The translations under genes were made by a program, and so were the position numbers. 64,000 nucleotides of DNA from a virus. Positions 1 to 9,696 of this stretch are shown here, in pieces. The DNA lies in the IMG/VR virus record IMGVR_UViG_3300018424_003600, positions 1-64,000 of that record; one strand, written 5' to 3'. The notes under the pieces are model-generated. The model was not told the origin of the DNA, searched no databases, and worked only from the letters and a program-made list of their open reading frames with translations. Each line of letters begins with the position of its first letter. The stretch's first letter is position 1.

Positions 1-55
1 AACTGAGTAAATATTGCTATAATATATACATAAAGTTAGGAAATGAGAGGCACTG

Positions 56-1381
56 ATGGCTGTTTTAGCAAACGCAAAAGATACTGCTAGTAAACTTAAA
101 AACTGGCAACCTGATCCAGATATAACCCCCGAAGCACTTGAGGTAATGCGAGAAGAAGTTTACGACCGCATTATTATTGCACGAGTAGGCTTACTACTTC
201 GTCATCCTTTCTTTGGTAACATGGCTACACGTTTGCGCATTTTAGCAGCAGATGATTGGTTGCCTACAGCCGCAGTAGACGGACGTAATTTATACTATAA
301 CACACAATTCTTTAATGCAATGTCAAACAAAGAAATCGAGTTTGTTATTGCACACGAAATTTTACACTGTGTTTACGATCATTTAGAACGTAGAGGTGAT
401 CGTATTCCTATGCTATACAATATTGCCGCTGACTATAAAGTAAACAACCTGCTTGTAAGAGATCGCATTGGTGAAAAGCCAAAGATTGTAGATTGTTTCC
501 AAGACTTTAAATATGAAGAATATTCATCAGAAGAAATTTACGAAGAACTGTTTAAAGAAGCAGAAGAGCGTGGCAAAGAATATTTAGAACAACTAGGTGA
601 ATTGTTAGACGAACACTTAGATCCAGAATCAGGAGAAGGCGAAGCTGACGGTGATGCAGGCGAAGAAAAAGATTCAAAAGGTAATGCTGTAAGTAAAAAG
701 AAACCTAAATATTCTAAAGAAGAAGTTAAAAAGATTAAAGACGAAATTAAAGAATCTATGATTAATTCTGCGCAAAGTGCAGGTGCAGGAAATGTTCCTG
801 CAGGTGTACAGCGCATGATTAAAGAACTTACAGAACCTAAAATGAATTGGCGTCAGATTTTACGCCAGCAAATTCAATCTACAATTAAAGACGATTATAC
901 ATTTGCTCGTCCATCACGTAAAGGTTGGCAAAGCGGTGCTATACTTCCTGGTATGAATTTTGCAGAAACTATTGATCTTTGTATTTGTTTAGATATGTCA
1001 GGTTCAATTGGCGATGCACAAGGTCGCGACTTCTTAAGTGAAGTTAAAGGTATTATGGAAGAATACAAAGACTACAAAATTAAATTGTGGTGCTTTGATA
1101 CTGCTGTTTACAACGAAGATGATTTTAGTGCAGACGATGGACGTGATTTATTAGACTACGAAATTATGGGCGGTGGTGGCACTGACTTCATGGTAAATTG
1201 GGAATACATGAAAGAAAATGACATTACGCCTAAAAAGTTTATTATGTTTACAGACGGTTATGCTTGGGATAGCTGGGGTGACCCAGACTACTGTGATACA
1301 GTGTTTATTATTCACAGCAACCGTGATAAAGGGTTACAAGCGCCATTTGGTGTTACAGCCCATTACGAAGAAGCTGCATGA
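56..1381 (+). CDS. HExxH putative metallopeptidase + VWA domain protein (DUF2201-like; usual partner of a MoxR AAA+ ATPase)
   Basis: 'PTAAVDG...AHEILH' HExxH region, acidic linker, C-terminal MIDAS 'DMSGS' plus 'GGGTDF' and 'FTDGY'. Confidence 0.85.
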   Translation: MAVLANAKDTASKLKNWQPDPDITPEALEVMREEVYDRIIIARVGLLLRHPFFGNMATRLRILAADDWLPTAAVDGRNLYYNTQFFNAMSNKEIEFVIAHEILHCVYDHLERRGDRIPMLYNIAADYKVNNLLVRDRIGEKPKIVDCFQDFKYEEYSSEEIYEELFKEAEERGKEYLEQLGELLDEHLDPESGEGEADGDAGEEKDSKGNAVSKKKPKYSKEEVKKIKDEIKESMINSAQSAGAGNVPAGVQRMIKELTEPKMNWRQILRQQIQSTIKDDYTFARPSRKGWQSGAILPGMNFAETIDLCICLDMSGSIGDAQGRDFLSEVKGIMEEYKDYKIKLWCFDTAVYNEDDFSADDGRDLLDYEIMGGGGTDFMVNWEYMKENDITPKKFIMFTDGYAWDSWGDPDYCDTVFIIHSNRDKGLQAPFGVTAHYEEAA

Positions 1382-1659
1382 TACTAAACAAAGAACCAAA
1401 TCCACTTAACGTATTCAAGGCTAGGAGAGTAAATCATCCACTGCCGCATTTTGAATACGTTAATGTTCCTATAAAATACAATCTTGAAGGTAGTCTAGAT
1501 AAATGGATTGATCGAAATCTAAAGAACAGATATTTTATAGGTAAAAACGTATCTTTAGATAAAAATAATTCGTTATCTAGTGTACTTACAGTTGGATTTG
1601 AAGAAAAGAAAGATATGAGTTATTTCATGTTAGCTTGTCCACATTTGAAGTACACATAA
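1378..1659 (+). CDS. hypothetical phage protein
   Basis: 93-aa ORF with ATGA overlap with upstream stop. Confidence 0.7.
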   Translation: MILNKEPNPLNVFKARRVNHPLPHFEYVNVPIKYNLEGSLDKWIDRNLKNRYFIGKNVSLDKNNSLSSVLTVGFEEKKDMSYFMLACPHLKYT

Positions 1660-1698
1660 ATAAAGTGCGCATATATATTACTATAGGAGAAAACAAAT

Positions 1699-1944
1699 AT
1701 GAGCGATGATAAAAACGCAGCACCAGAAGCAGAAGTAAAAGAAACTACTACAGCATCTGCTCAAGAGCAACAAAGTCCTGATTTAACAGTTCAAGATCTA
1801 CAAGCTCTTAAGAGTATTATCGATGTTGCTAGTCAGCGTGGTGCATTTAAACCAAATGAAATGATGGCTGTTGGACAAACTTACAATAAACTAGAAGTAT
1901 TTTTAGCCGCAGTTACTCAACAACAACCTGCACAAGGAGCATAA
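1699..1944 (+). CDS. hypothetical phage protein
   Basis: 81-aa ORF, AGGAG RBS, TAAATA at 1657-1662. Confidence 0.75.
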   Translation: MSDDKNAAPEAEVKETTTASAQEQQSPDLTVQDLQALKSIIDVASQRGAFKPNEMMAVGQTYNKLEVFLAAVTQQQPAQGA

Positions 1945-1945
1945 T

Positions 1946-2545
1946 ATGTTGAAACATGTAGGCCGTATGGTCAGAAACAAAAGAAAGGTTGTAGTAGCAT
2001 ATAGAGTTGTCCCAGGAGAAGCAGACAGTGCTATTGTAATTACTACAGAAAATTTAGAAGCTGCGGATCACGATACACTAATGAAAACCGTAGAATCTCC
2101 AGCTGGACAAGATGCAGATGAATTTGCACTAGTTATGGCTAGAACTAGATTATCAGATGGAAGTAATATGCTTTCTAGATTCCATACAACTGGAAAGATG
2201 GTTAAAGTAAAACAATCTGATATTGAAATGATTCCAAATTCAAACACTACTATTAATCTTGCAGAACTTAATAAAGTTATTGCAGAACAAAAAGGGGTTA
2301 GTATCGAAGATTTGGCTATTCAACCAGAAGGCGGCACTGTTGCAACAGTAAAAAAAGAAGATAGTCCTGTAGCAGAAACTGCTGCACCTAGTGACGGTGT
2401 ATTATCTGATGAAGATTTAGCTGCACAATATAGATCACAAGCAGATTCATTATTTAAAGAAGCAAAACGACTTCGTGAGCAGGCAGAAGAGCTAGTGCCT
2501 ACTAAAAAGAGAGCCAAATCAGAGAAATCAACAGAAAGTGTCTGA
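1946..2545 (+). CDS. hypothetical phage protein with C-terminal coiled coil
   Basis: 199-aa ORF, AAGGAG RBS, helical C-terminus (AAQYRSQADSLFKEAKRLREQAEEL). Confidence 0.75.
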   Translation: MLKHVGRMVRNKRKVVVAYRVVPGEADSAIVITTENLEAADHDTLMKTVESPAGQDADEFALVMARTRLSDGSNMLSRFHTTGKMVKVKQSDIEMIPNSNTTINLAELNKVIAEQKGVSIEDLAIQPEGGTVATVKKEDSPVAETAAPSDGVLSDEDLAAQYRSQADSLFKEAKRLREQAEELVPTKKRAKSEKSTESV

Positions 2546-2858
2546 AGCATCTAAACTTCCACCCGAAGTTGTTGATCATTGGCCCGAAATATTCAAAGAC
2601 GTTGAAATTAAAGCAGTACCACTCGAATATATTCATAGCGTCCATGTTCATTTTCACGATGGAAATATATGGGAAATTGATATGGACAGTCAGGAAGTTT
2701 CAGGCAGTGATCAATTAACTGAAATAGAAGATTCGTTAGAAGCATTTTTTGCAGAATACGACGAATCAATATCACATGTCGATTTTCGTTTAAATACCTC
2801 AAAAGTAGTTAAAGATGTCAAAGCTAGAACTCAAAAGTTCATGAAAAAGAGAAGATAG
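2538..2858 (+). CDS. hypothetical phage protein
   Basis: 106-aa ORF, GTG start overlapping the upstream gene. Confidence 0.7.
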   Translation: MSEASKLPPEVVDHWPEIFKDVEIKAVPLEYIHSVHVHFHDGNIWEIDMDSQEVSGSDQLTEIEDSLEAFFAEYDESISHVDFRLNTSKVVKDVKARTQKFMKKRR

Positions 2859-2881
2859 AATTAGGTAATCTTAGAAATTTG

Positions 2882-2889
2882 TATAAATA
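2882..2889 (+). promoter_or_regulatory. T4-type late promoter (TATAAATA)
   Basis: Exact TATAAATA in the intergenic gap upstream of the fibre gene at 2920. Confidence 0.7.
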
Positions 2890-2919
2890 CATATAATAAG
2901 ATATTCCAGGAGTATAAAC

Positions 2920-3999
2920 ATGGCATTACGTCTAAGACGAGGAACAGACGCAGAACGTCAACTAATAACACCATTAGAAGGTGAATTAATCTATACAACA
3001 GATACCAAACTACTTTGGATTGGTGACGGAGGTACTGTCGGCGGCAATCTAGTAACAGGCGGCGCAGGCACACCTTTTGCACTTGCAGATGCAACTGATG
3101 TTGATACAACCGGAGTACAAGATCAACAAGTATTACAATATAATGCGTTGTCAGGTAACTGGGAACCTGGAATTACTCAACAAGTTACAAGCGAATTAGA
3201 CGACTTAACAAACGTAGTAGCAGCAAATCCAAACCTTAATGATGTATTATCTTGGGATGGATTAAATTGGACTGCAACTGCAAGTAATGTTACTTTAGAC
3301 AGTTTAACTGATGTTGTATCTGGACCAGCCGTACTAGGAGACTTTTTAGTATATGACGGTGCTAACTGGATACCACAAAGTAGTGCAGAAGTAGGACTTA
3401 CAAATCTTACAGCAGATATTAAAGGTAGTGTGTTTGCAGACGATTCTACTTTACTAGTAGATGGTATAAATGGTACTTTGTCAAACGGTTCATTAGTATT
3501 TGAAAACAATACTATTTCAGCAGTAATTGATGATAATATTACTATCAAAACAGAAATTTTAGCACAACAGTTTTATGGTGTAGAAAACACTACTGACGGA
3601 ACATTGTACACTCTAGAAGCATTTAGAGGAACTGAGACATCCCCTGCGGTTGTACAAGCAGGAGATCCTGTTGGTACACTAGCATTTGCAGGATATGACG
3701 GAACTTCCACAGTAACACAAGGTGCTATTAACGTATCTATAGATACTGTTACTGGAACCAATCAGTTACCAGGTAAAATGTCTGTTTATTTACACGACTA
3801 TGATGGAAACTATTTTATAGCTATAGGAGCTGACTCTAGAGGTACTGTTACAGTTCCTACACTTAAAGTAACACCATATGCAGATGCTGCGGCTAGAGAT
3901 GCAGCAATTCCATCTCCTGAAGCAGGAATGATGGTGTATATCACATCAACAAATAAACATCAAGGATACGATGGTACTACTTGGAACGATTTCTATTAA
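2920..3999 (+). CDS. virion fibre/decoration protein with Mtd-N-like N-terminal domain
   Basis: N-terminus 'MALRLRRGT..ER....P.EGE..YTTDT..L.IGDG'; three 'LxDxTDV...L.(Y/W)...NW' repeats; C-terminal 'RDA...P.AGM.VY....YDG..W'; late promoter upstream. Confidence 0.65.
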   Translation: MALRLRRGTDAERQLITPLEGELIYTTDTKLLWIGDGGTVGGNLVTGGAGTPFALADATDVDTTGVQDQQVLQYNALSGNWEPGITQQVTSELDDLTNVVAANPNLNDVLSWDGLNWTATASNVTLDSLTDVVSGPAVLGDFLVYDGANWIPQSSAEVGLTNLTADIKGSVFADDSTLLVDGINGTLSNGSLVFENNTISAVIDDNITIKTEILAQQFYGVENTTDGTLYTLEAFRGTETSPAVVQAGDPVGTLAFAGYDGTSTVTQGAINVSIDTVTGTNQLPGKMSVYLHDYDGNYFIAIGADSRGTVTVPTLKVTPYADAAARDAAIPSPEAGMMVYITSTNKHQGYDGTTWNDFY

Positions 4000-4022
4000 T
4001 CCAAATACATAATTATATTAGT

Positions 4023-4057
4023 AATCCTCTGATATATAATATGTCAGGGGATTTTTT
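4023..4057 (+). terminator. stem-loop plus U-tract (Rho-independent terminator-like) that also covers the RBS of the next gene
   Basis: aatcctctgatata/tatgtcaggggatt pair (with G-U) followed by TTTT, directly before ATG 4058. Confidence 0.55.
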
Positions 4058-5008
4058 ATGAAGGTATTATTAACAGGATCATCAGGATTTATTGGTCAAC
4101 ACTTAACTCCACGTTTAGAAAACGATCACACATTATATCACTTAAAGAGCGATCTATTAGATTTTGACAGTGTTCAACAAGAAGTTGATGCTATTAAACC
4201 AGACATCATTGTTCACTTAGCAGCTCGTACAGAAGTTGAAAATAGTTTTTACGAACAAATTACATTTAGTCAAATTAACTATGTAGGCACTGTGAATCTT
4301 ATCGAAGCTGCAAGCAAAGTTAAGAATTTAAAAAACTTTGTATTTGCCAGCACTATGGAAGTATACGGATGGCAACCTATAAGTGACGAAGTACGTGACA
4401 ACATTACACCTAAAAAGTTTATAGCATTTGACGAAAATACTACCCCTAATCCAAATGCTCCGTATGCTGTTGCAAAGTACGGTTGTGAAAAGTATCTAGA
4501 ATATGCACATAGAAGTTTAGGATTACCGTTTACTGCAATACGTCAAACTAATAGTTACGGACGCAAGGACAACGACTTCTTTGTAACAGAACAAATTATT
4601 ACACAAATGATTAAAAATCCTAATCGTATTGAACTAGGATATGCAGAACCATATCGTAACTTTATCTTTATTGACGATTTATTAGATGCTTGGTGTACAG
4701 TTATTAACAACCCTAGCAAAGTAAACAATGGTTATATTTTTACGATCGGTCCTGACAATCCTATTAAGATTAAAGATTATGTTGATATGATTGCCAATAA
4801 AATTGGTTGGACAGGTGAAGTTGTTTGGGATACCAAACCAATAAGACCTGGTGAAATTTATTGGCTAAACAGTAACCATAGGTTAATAACTAGTATCACT
4901 GGATGGGAACCTAAAGTAAGTTTAAGTGACGGTTTAGATTATACTATAAATGTATGGAAGAATTTATTAGGACAACAACCAATCAATAAGGTTATTCGTC
5001 TTAACTAA
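4058..5008 (+). CDS. NAD-dependent NDP-sugar epimerase/dehydratase (extended SDR)
   Basis: 'TGSSGFIG' Rossmann motif, 'HLAA', 'ASTMEVYG', YxxxK 'YAVAK', 'RNFIFIDD', 'GWEPK'. Confidence 0.9.
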   Translation: MKVLLTGSSGFIGQHLTPRLENDHTLYHLKSDLLDFDSVQQEVDAIKPDIIVHLAARTEVENSFYEQITFSQINYVGTVNLIEAASKVKNLKNFVFASTMEVYGWQPISDEVRDNITPKKFIAFDENTTPNPNAPYAVAKYGCEKYLEYAHRSLGLPFTAIRQTNSYGRKDNDFFVTEQIITQMIKNPNRIELGYAEPYRNFIFIDDLLDAWCTVINNPSKVNNGYIFTIGPDNPIKIKDYVDMIANKIGWTGEVVWDTKPIRPGEIYWLNSNHRLITSITGWEPKVSLSDGLDYTINVWKNLLGQQPINKVIRLN

Positions 5009-5761
5009 GTAATTAGACTTTAGTGTTGTATTATTCCACACAACGTTAGACAGATCTAAATACCCAGATTTGTTAATATTACTTTCTATAAAATCTGCTA
5101 GAATTTTATTGTTTTCATTTGTCATATGACAGTGTCTTAAATCAATATATTTTTTATAATCTTGGCTTTGTTTTTGTGTTGTATTCCAAGATTCTAACTC
5201 TAAATCATATACATGTTTTAAATCTGGATATGCATTTACAAAAATTGTATCCGGTCTAGCTAACTTAATACTATCAATTATTGCTTGTTTTAAAAGATTT
5301 TCTCGTTCTTCGTCTTTATGATAAACGTCTTTAAAAAAATTAGTTAAAGATTTAAAGTATTGTTTATCAGAATAATCTTTTGCAAATTCTATCTTTTCTA
5401 CAGCATCTTCATAAGAAGCACAATGTACCCAACCATTAAAGTTTGTACTATAACGAAACGGGCTTGTTATAGTAAAGATACACTTTTCATATTTTTTATG
5501 ATTATTAATAAATTGATTATAACTATAATATAAGTCACTACCACTTTGTCCATAAACATCTGCATCTAAATGTCTATGCCAGCCTATATATTTTTCTCCC
5601 CACTTAGATAAAACCATAGAGGAATCTTCTTTAGAATACTTACGTTTACAAACTTTATAAACTTCTCTTATAAATCCTTCAGCAGTAATGTGCCACTCTA
5701 AATGCGGATTTGCTGCAAAGCTGTCACCAAATATTGCTATTTTATTCACTAGGGTTTCCAA
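4967..5761 (-). CDS. SGNH/GDSL-like protein
   Basis: 'IAIFGDSF' block I, 'GQSGS' block II, C-terminal His ('RHCHM'); true start may be GTG at 5749. Confidence 0.55.
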   Translation of the reverse strand: METLVNKIAIFGDSFAANPHLEWHITAEGFIREVYKVCKRKYSKEDSSMVLSKWGEKYIGWHRHLDADVYGQSGSDLYYSYNQFINNHKKYEKCIFTITSPFRYSTNFNGWVHCASYEDAVEKIEFAKDYSDKQYFKSLTNFFKDVYHKDEERENLLKQAIIDSIKLARPDTIFVNAYPDLKHVYDLELESWNTTQKQSQDYKKYIDLRHCHMTNENNKILADFIESNINKSGYLDLSNVVWNNTTLKSNYLVKTNNLIDWLLS

Positions 5762-7227
5762 TTAAGTTTATTATCAATATATTTTCTTATAAATGCATCT
5801 GTATTAACTCTACCTTCAGGTCCGTCAAAAATTGCAACTGGTGTAGTTAGTCTTTCTTCAACTTCTTTGCCATGCATCGCATTAGTAGCAAGCATCCATA
5901 TATCTGTCATTAAGGGCTTATCTTCAAGACGTACAGACTTTGCAATGTCTAAAGCTTCGTCCATTGTCATATAGTCATTTTCCCAATTCACAGCATTTCT
6001 AGACGGATCTCTATCAATAGATTCTTGATAAGCTGATCCGTTTTCTACTTGGCGTTCTCTATATCCATACTTTTCCCAATTTAACGTAAACTCAGAAGTA
6101 TTTCCATAACTATGTCTATTAATTATTAACGGGTGTATAGATACATAAATTTCAGGAGGCAATGCATTAATCCATTTTATAGTTGATGCTATAGTTTCTT
6201 TTGTTTCATAAGGAAGACCAACTATAAAAGAAAGAGTTGCTGCATATAACTCACGACCATTATTATTAAAATAATTATAGATATCATAAAATCCTTGCTT
6301 AACTTTTTCAGGGTCCATTCCTTTTCCGATTGTTTTTCCGCTTTCGCGGTTAAGAGTTTCAATCCCATATGCATGACCTAGAAATCCCATTTGTAGTAAA
6401 AGTTCTTTATCTTGAGGTCTGCTTATAAGCAAGTCTCCTCGAATAAACCCGGCAAAAAAGGGATCAAAGTTTAGCTCTTGTACACCTTCTGCATACGTCC
6501 TTATTTTCTCTGTTGTTTCGTTAAATGTACTATCTGCAACAATATAATTTTTTACACCAAATCTGTCATAATTTTCTTTCATTTGAGTTACAAAGTCTTC
6601 CTTTGCAGCAATATAGTTTCCTTTAGCTTTTAAATAAGGAAAGTCACAAAATGAACATTTAAATTTACACCCTCTAGAAAATTCCATAGTAAGCCATTCG
6701 CCTTCTTGTATAAAATCTCTATCTTGATACTGTACTTCTAAATCTGTCATATAGCCTGCATGATGAGGACTATCTGTACTGTTAGCTAGTATAACTTTTT
6801 TATCTGTCCAGGGAAACTCTGTTTTTATTAAAGGCAATCCGTTGTTAAACAAATAGTCTAACAATTTTAGTATAGCATTTTCAGCATGTCCTACTATATA
6901 ATAATCAATGTAGTTTGCATCATAAGTAGGAAATCCTTGCATACCTGCTAAAAGGTATAGATGCGGATATGTGTCTTTAATCCATTTAGTAAATGCTTCT
7001 AGCTTTGGTGTCCAAAAAGTAAAAACTTGTCCAAAACCTATAAATTTAGTATTTGAATTGACTCTAGATCTAACTAATTCTTTTAGTTCTTCAAGTTCCC
7101 AACTAATAGTATAATCAATAACTTCAACATCCCAGTTATGATTTCTAAGGTGATGTGCAATCCTATAACAACCAAAACCTCTTATAATGTCGTCACTTGA
7201 AATGTTAAAAATTAAAGTATGATTCAT
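5749..7227 (-). CDS. cobalamin-dependent (class B-like) radical SAM enzyme
   Basis: 'SRGCKFKCSFC' CxxxCxxC, 'ADSTFN', 'YGIETLN...IGKG', 'FIVGLPYET'; N-terminal B12-binding-like region ('LRNHNWDVEVID', 'DYYIVGHAE'). Confidence 0.85.
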   Translation of the reverse strand: MNHTLIFNISSDDIIRGFGCYRIAHHLRNHNWDVEVIDYTISWELEELKELVRSRVNSNTKFIGFGQVFTFWTPKLEAFTKWIKDTYPHLYLLAGMQGFPTYDANYIDYYIVGHAENAILKLLDYLFNNGLPLIKTEFPWTDKKVILANSTDSPHHAGYMTDLEVQYQDRDFIQEGEWLTMEFSRGCKFKCSFCDFPYLKAKGNYIAAKEDFVTQMKENYDRFGVKNYIVADSTFNETTEKIRTYAEGVQELNFDPFFAGFIRGDLLISRPQDKELLLQMGFLGHAYGIETLNRESGKTIGKGMDPEKVKQGFYDIYNYFNNNGRELYAATLSFIVGLPYETKETIASTIKWINALPPEIYVSIHPLIINRHSYGNTSEFTLNWEKYGYRERQVENGSAYQESIDRDPSRNAVNWENDYMTMDEALDIAKSVRLEDKPLMTDIWMLATNAMHGKEVEERLTTPVAIFDGPEGRVNTDAFIRKYIDNKLNWKP

Positions 7228-7242
7228 GTATTATCTCTTTTA

Positions 7243-8301
7243 TTAATCAAAGTAGTTTTCTAAACTACCTTTACGTTTAACATCTAATGTATTACAGTGA
7301 AAACCACCACTCATACTACGTGCTTGTCTAGCAGGACAAGGGACACTTTCAATACCATACTTTTCTAGTATACGCATTAACGGTTCTTGATCCTTGTCAA
7401 TTACTACACAATTTTCATTAATACTTAGCAGATTCATCCCAATCCAAGGTGAGCAAGGGCTTACACCATTTGGCAAATTGCAATTGGGTGCAACTAGGTC
7501 GTCCATACCTACAAAAATCTTATCCCATTTTTCAAAAATCTTTGGATAATGATCTGGACTACAACGTTCTGCATTAAACATAACTAAGCCCGGACGTAGT
7601 GGAATAACTGTACTGTCAAAGTGTGCAAAGAAATAAAAGTCTTCTGCAAGATGCAAACGATATCCTCTAGGTTCTACAATAGTTTTTAACCATTCGTATC
7701 CTAGTATACTTCCTGTGTTACTGTGTTGGTACAACAAGTCTCTACCTAGTCTTACTACGTTAGGTGCTTCCCAAACAATTTCATTGTTACGCACCGTAGG
7801 GACACTTAAATCGTCAAATTGATATAAGTCGTCCTTTAGTATAGGTGAAGGACTTTTAATCCACTGTGTGCCTTCTTTCATTTGCTGATACAAATAATCA
7901 TAGTACACTCTAGTTTCATACTGCCTTGCTCTCATAGGACTGCTACATTCAATAATCATGTTATCTAACGGTAATAACAAATCTCTTGGGCAAAAGCTAT
8001 ACCAGCCAGTAGTAGTCCAGTCAGGTGAACTAAATTCTTTACTGTGATCAGTAGGAGTAGGACGATGTACTTTAATGCCTAACTTAGTTAGTGTGTCGGC
8101 CAAGATATCTAAATCTTCTTCTGCCTCTTCCATAATTTGTTTGTCATGTGGTCCTTCTAAGCCTACAAGTTCTTCTTCACTATAAGTAGCATAAGAAAAA
8201 CTACGAACACTCGGGTCCATTGTAGGTAGTACTGCACCCTTTGCTGTACCAACAAAAATCTCTTCTAATGGATCCCAATCATTGTTCGATTGTACTGCCA
8301 T
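7243..8301 (-). CDS. amidinotransferase (glycine/inosamine-phosphate amidinotransferase family)
   Basis: 'NDWDPLEEIFVG', 'CPRD', 'HFDST...LRPG', 'WIGMNLLS', catalytic 'GGFHCNT'; AAGGAG RBS. Confidence 0.9.
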   Translation of the reverse strand: MAVQSNNDWDPLEEIFVGTAKGAVLPTMDPSVRSFSYATYSEEELVGLEGPHDKQIMEEAEEDLDILADTLTKLGIKVHRPTPTDHSKEFSSPDWTTTGWYSFCPRDLLLPLDNMIIECSSPMRARQYETRVYYDYLYQQMKEGTQWIKSPSPILKDDLYQFDDLSVPTVRNNEIVWEAPNVVRLGRDLLYQHSNTGSILGYEWLKTIVEPRGYRLHLAEDFYFFAHFDSTVIPLRPGLVMFNAERCSPDHYPKIFEKWDKIFVGMDDLVAPNCNLPNGVSPCSPWIGMNLLSINENCVVIDKDQEPLMRILEKYGIESVPCPARQARSMSGGFHCNTLDVKRKGSLENYFD

Positions 8302-9178
8302 CTAAAACTCCTTTGTCTAAATAATTGTGGAAGCTAAGTCTGTTAGTGATACCTCCACGATTGTAATCGTTCCAAATTCCATTACCTAATCCAAAAAGGA
8401 CAGTAGAACTTGGTTCAGTATTTGTAAGATTACAAAATTTTATTTGTGTATCTTTATACTTGTTTACTATATAATCTGGTTCAAAATTTTTAATTAATTC
8501 TAAACCTAGTATTGCACCTAGTCTATTTTGATAGTTTGCTTTTTCATAAACAAATAATGTATCGTCATCATCTTTTCGTGTTAAACGCATACCAATTCGT
8601 GCGTGTGCAACAGGAAACATTTTACTCAAACTAAAAGTTATATCAGTAATACACTTATGAGTAAAATCAAATTCAAGTCCTGAACTAATTGTATAATATG
8701 CACAGTCTATTAGTACAGGAATACCTAATGCATCACAATTATGTAATATAAAATCCATTTGTTCATGTTTGTTTCCTGTGTCAGCAAAAGGATAACTTAT
8801 AATTACTGCATCGTTTTTATCAAGTTTAGTATCCTCAATATATGCCCAATCTAAATTGCTGTTTCGCCATGCAAGCTGATGGTACAAATATTCCGATTTA
8901 AAAATTCTAAACCGTCTGTTTAAATTTTTTAAATAAAATTTATCAAATGCTTCACTTGTGCCGTGCGAATAAACAGCATATTTGAATTCGTCTAGTCCTT
9001 TAAATGTATTAGGATGACGTTTAATCCATTCTAAATATTCTTTACAAAAAGTTCTGTTAATATCAACATCACCAAAGTTTTCTAAACTTATAGTTTTTAT
9101 AACATCTAGTACTGTGCTATCGTTTACAGCAGTAGAGTGTCCAAAAGGCAAATGTTTTTTATCATAAGTATAGCTCAT
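8279..9178 (-). CDS. PLP-dependent fold-type I enzyme (aminotransferase/decarboxylase-like)
   Basis: 'GTSEAFD', 'IDCAY' (DxAY), 'FSLSKMF....RIG' PLP-lysine motif; ATG 9178 overlaps the upstream stop. Confidence 0.7.
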   Translation of the reverse strand: MSYTYDKKHLPFGHSTAVNDSTVLDVIKTISLENFGDVDINRTFCKEYLEWIKRHPNTFKGLDEFKYAVYSHGTSEAFDKFYLKNLNRRFRIFKSEYLYHQLAWRNSNLDWAYIEDTKLDKNDAVIISYPFADTGNKHEQMDFILHNCDALGIPVLIDCAYYTISSGLEFDFTHKCITDITFSLSKMFPVAHARIGMRLTRKDDDDTLFVYEKANYQNRLGAILGLELIKNFEPDYIVNKYKDTQIKFCNLTNTEPSSTVLFGLGNGIWNDYNRGGITNRLSFHNYLDKGVLDGSTIEQ

Positions 9179-9696
9179 TCGTCTAACCACGTAATTTGCA
9201 TTACTACAAAATCTGTAAAACCAAAGTTACCAACACCGTGCCAAGCGTATGCACTCCAAGAATATGTGTCTCCTACACTCCATTTAGTATGTGTATCATT
9301 TTTTATTTGTAGTACTTGTCCGGGTTCCCAGTCTGTGAGCATTACAATAGTTCTATTGATATTTTCTGATTGTACTTCTGTAATGTTGTTATAACGCACA
9401 AAAGTAGAATAGCTATCATAATGCATCCAAAGATTGTAACCAGGGGTAAGTTTTAAAAAGTTATAATGATGTTTTTTATCTTTGAAAGGTTCTATGTAAG
9501 AAGTTAATGTATCATCTAGTGTTGGAGAGAACGCCATAAAATGTTTAGAACATTCTTTTGGCATGTTAAGATTACGATAGTGCGATTCTAAGTTTAATTT
9601 TTTTACCGTAGCAAAATTTTCCCAAACATCATCTGCAGGGACTTCGTCTATCATATATGTCTCTTGCCAGTCAAAGACTGAATAATCTATACTCAT
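9175..9696 (-). CDS. 2OG-Fe(II) oxygenase-like (AspH-like cupin) protein
   Basis: HxD 'WMHYD', distal His 'WHGVGN', 'W..G' beta-strands. Confidence 0.65.
   Translation of the reverse strand: MSIDYSVFDWQETYMIDEVPADDVWENFATVKKLNLESHYRNLNMPKECSKHFMAFSPTLDDTLTSYIEPFKDKKHHYNFLKLTPGYNLWMHYDSYSTFVRYNNITEVQSENINRTIVMLTDWEPGQVLQIKNDTHTKWSVGDTYSWSAYAWHGVGNFGFTDFVVMQITWLDE

Noticed and set aside
1662-1669. AAAGTGCG present in two intergenic regions (1662 and about 63392)
   Set aside because: Only two short copies, in inconsistent orientation relative to the downstream genes; probably chance
2920-3999. Diversity-generating retroelement suggested by the Mtd-like N-terminus
   Set aside because: No reverse transcriptase ORF and no template/variable repeat pair seen in the window
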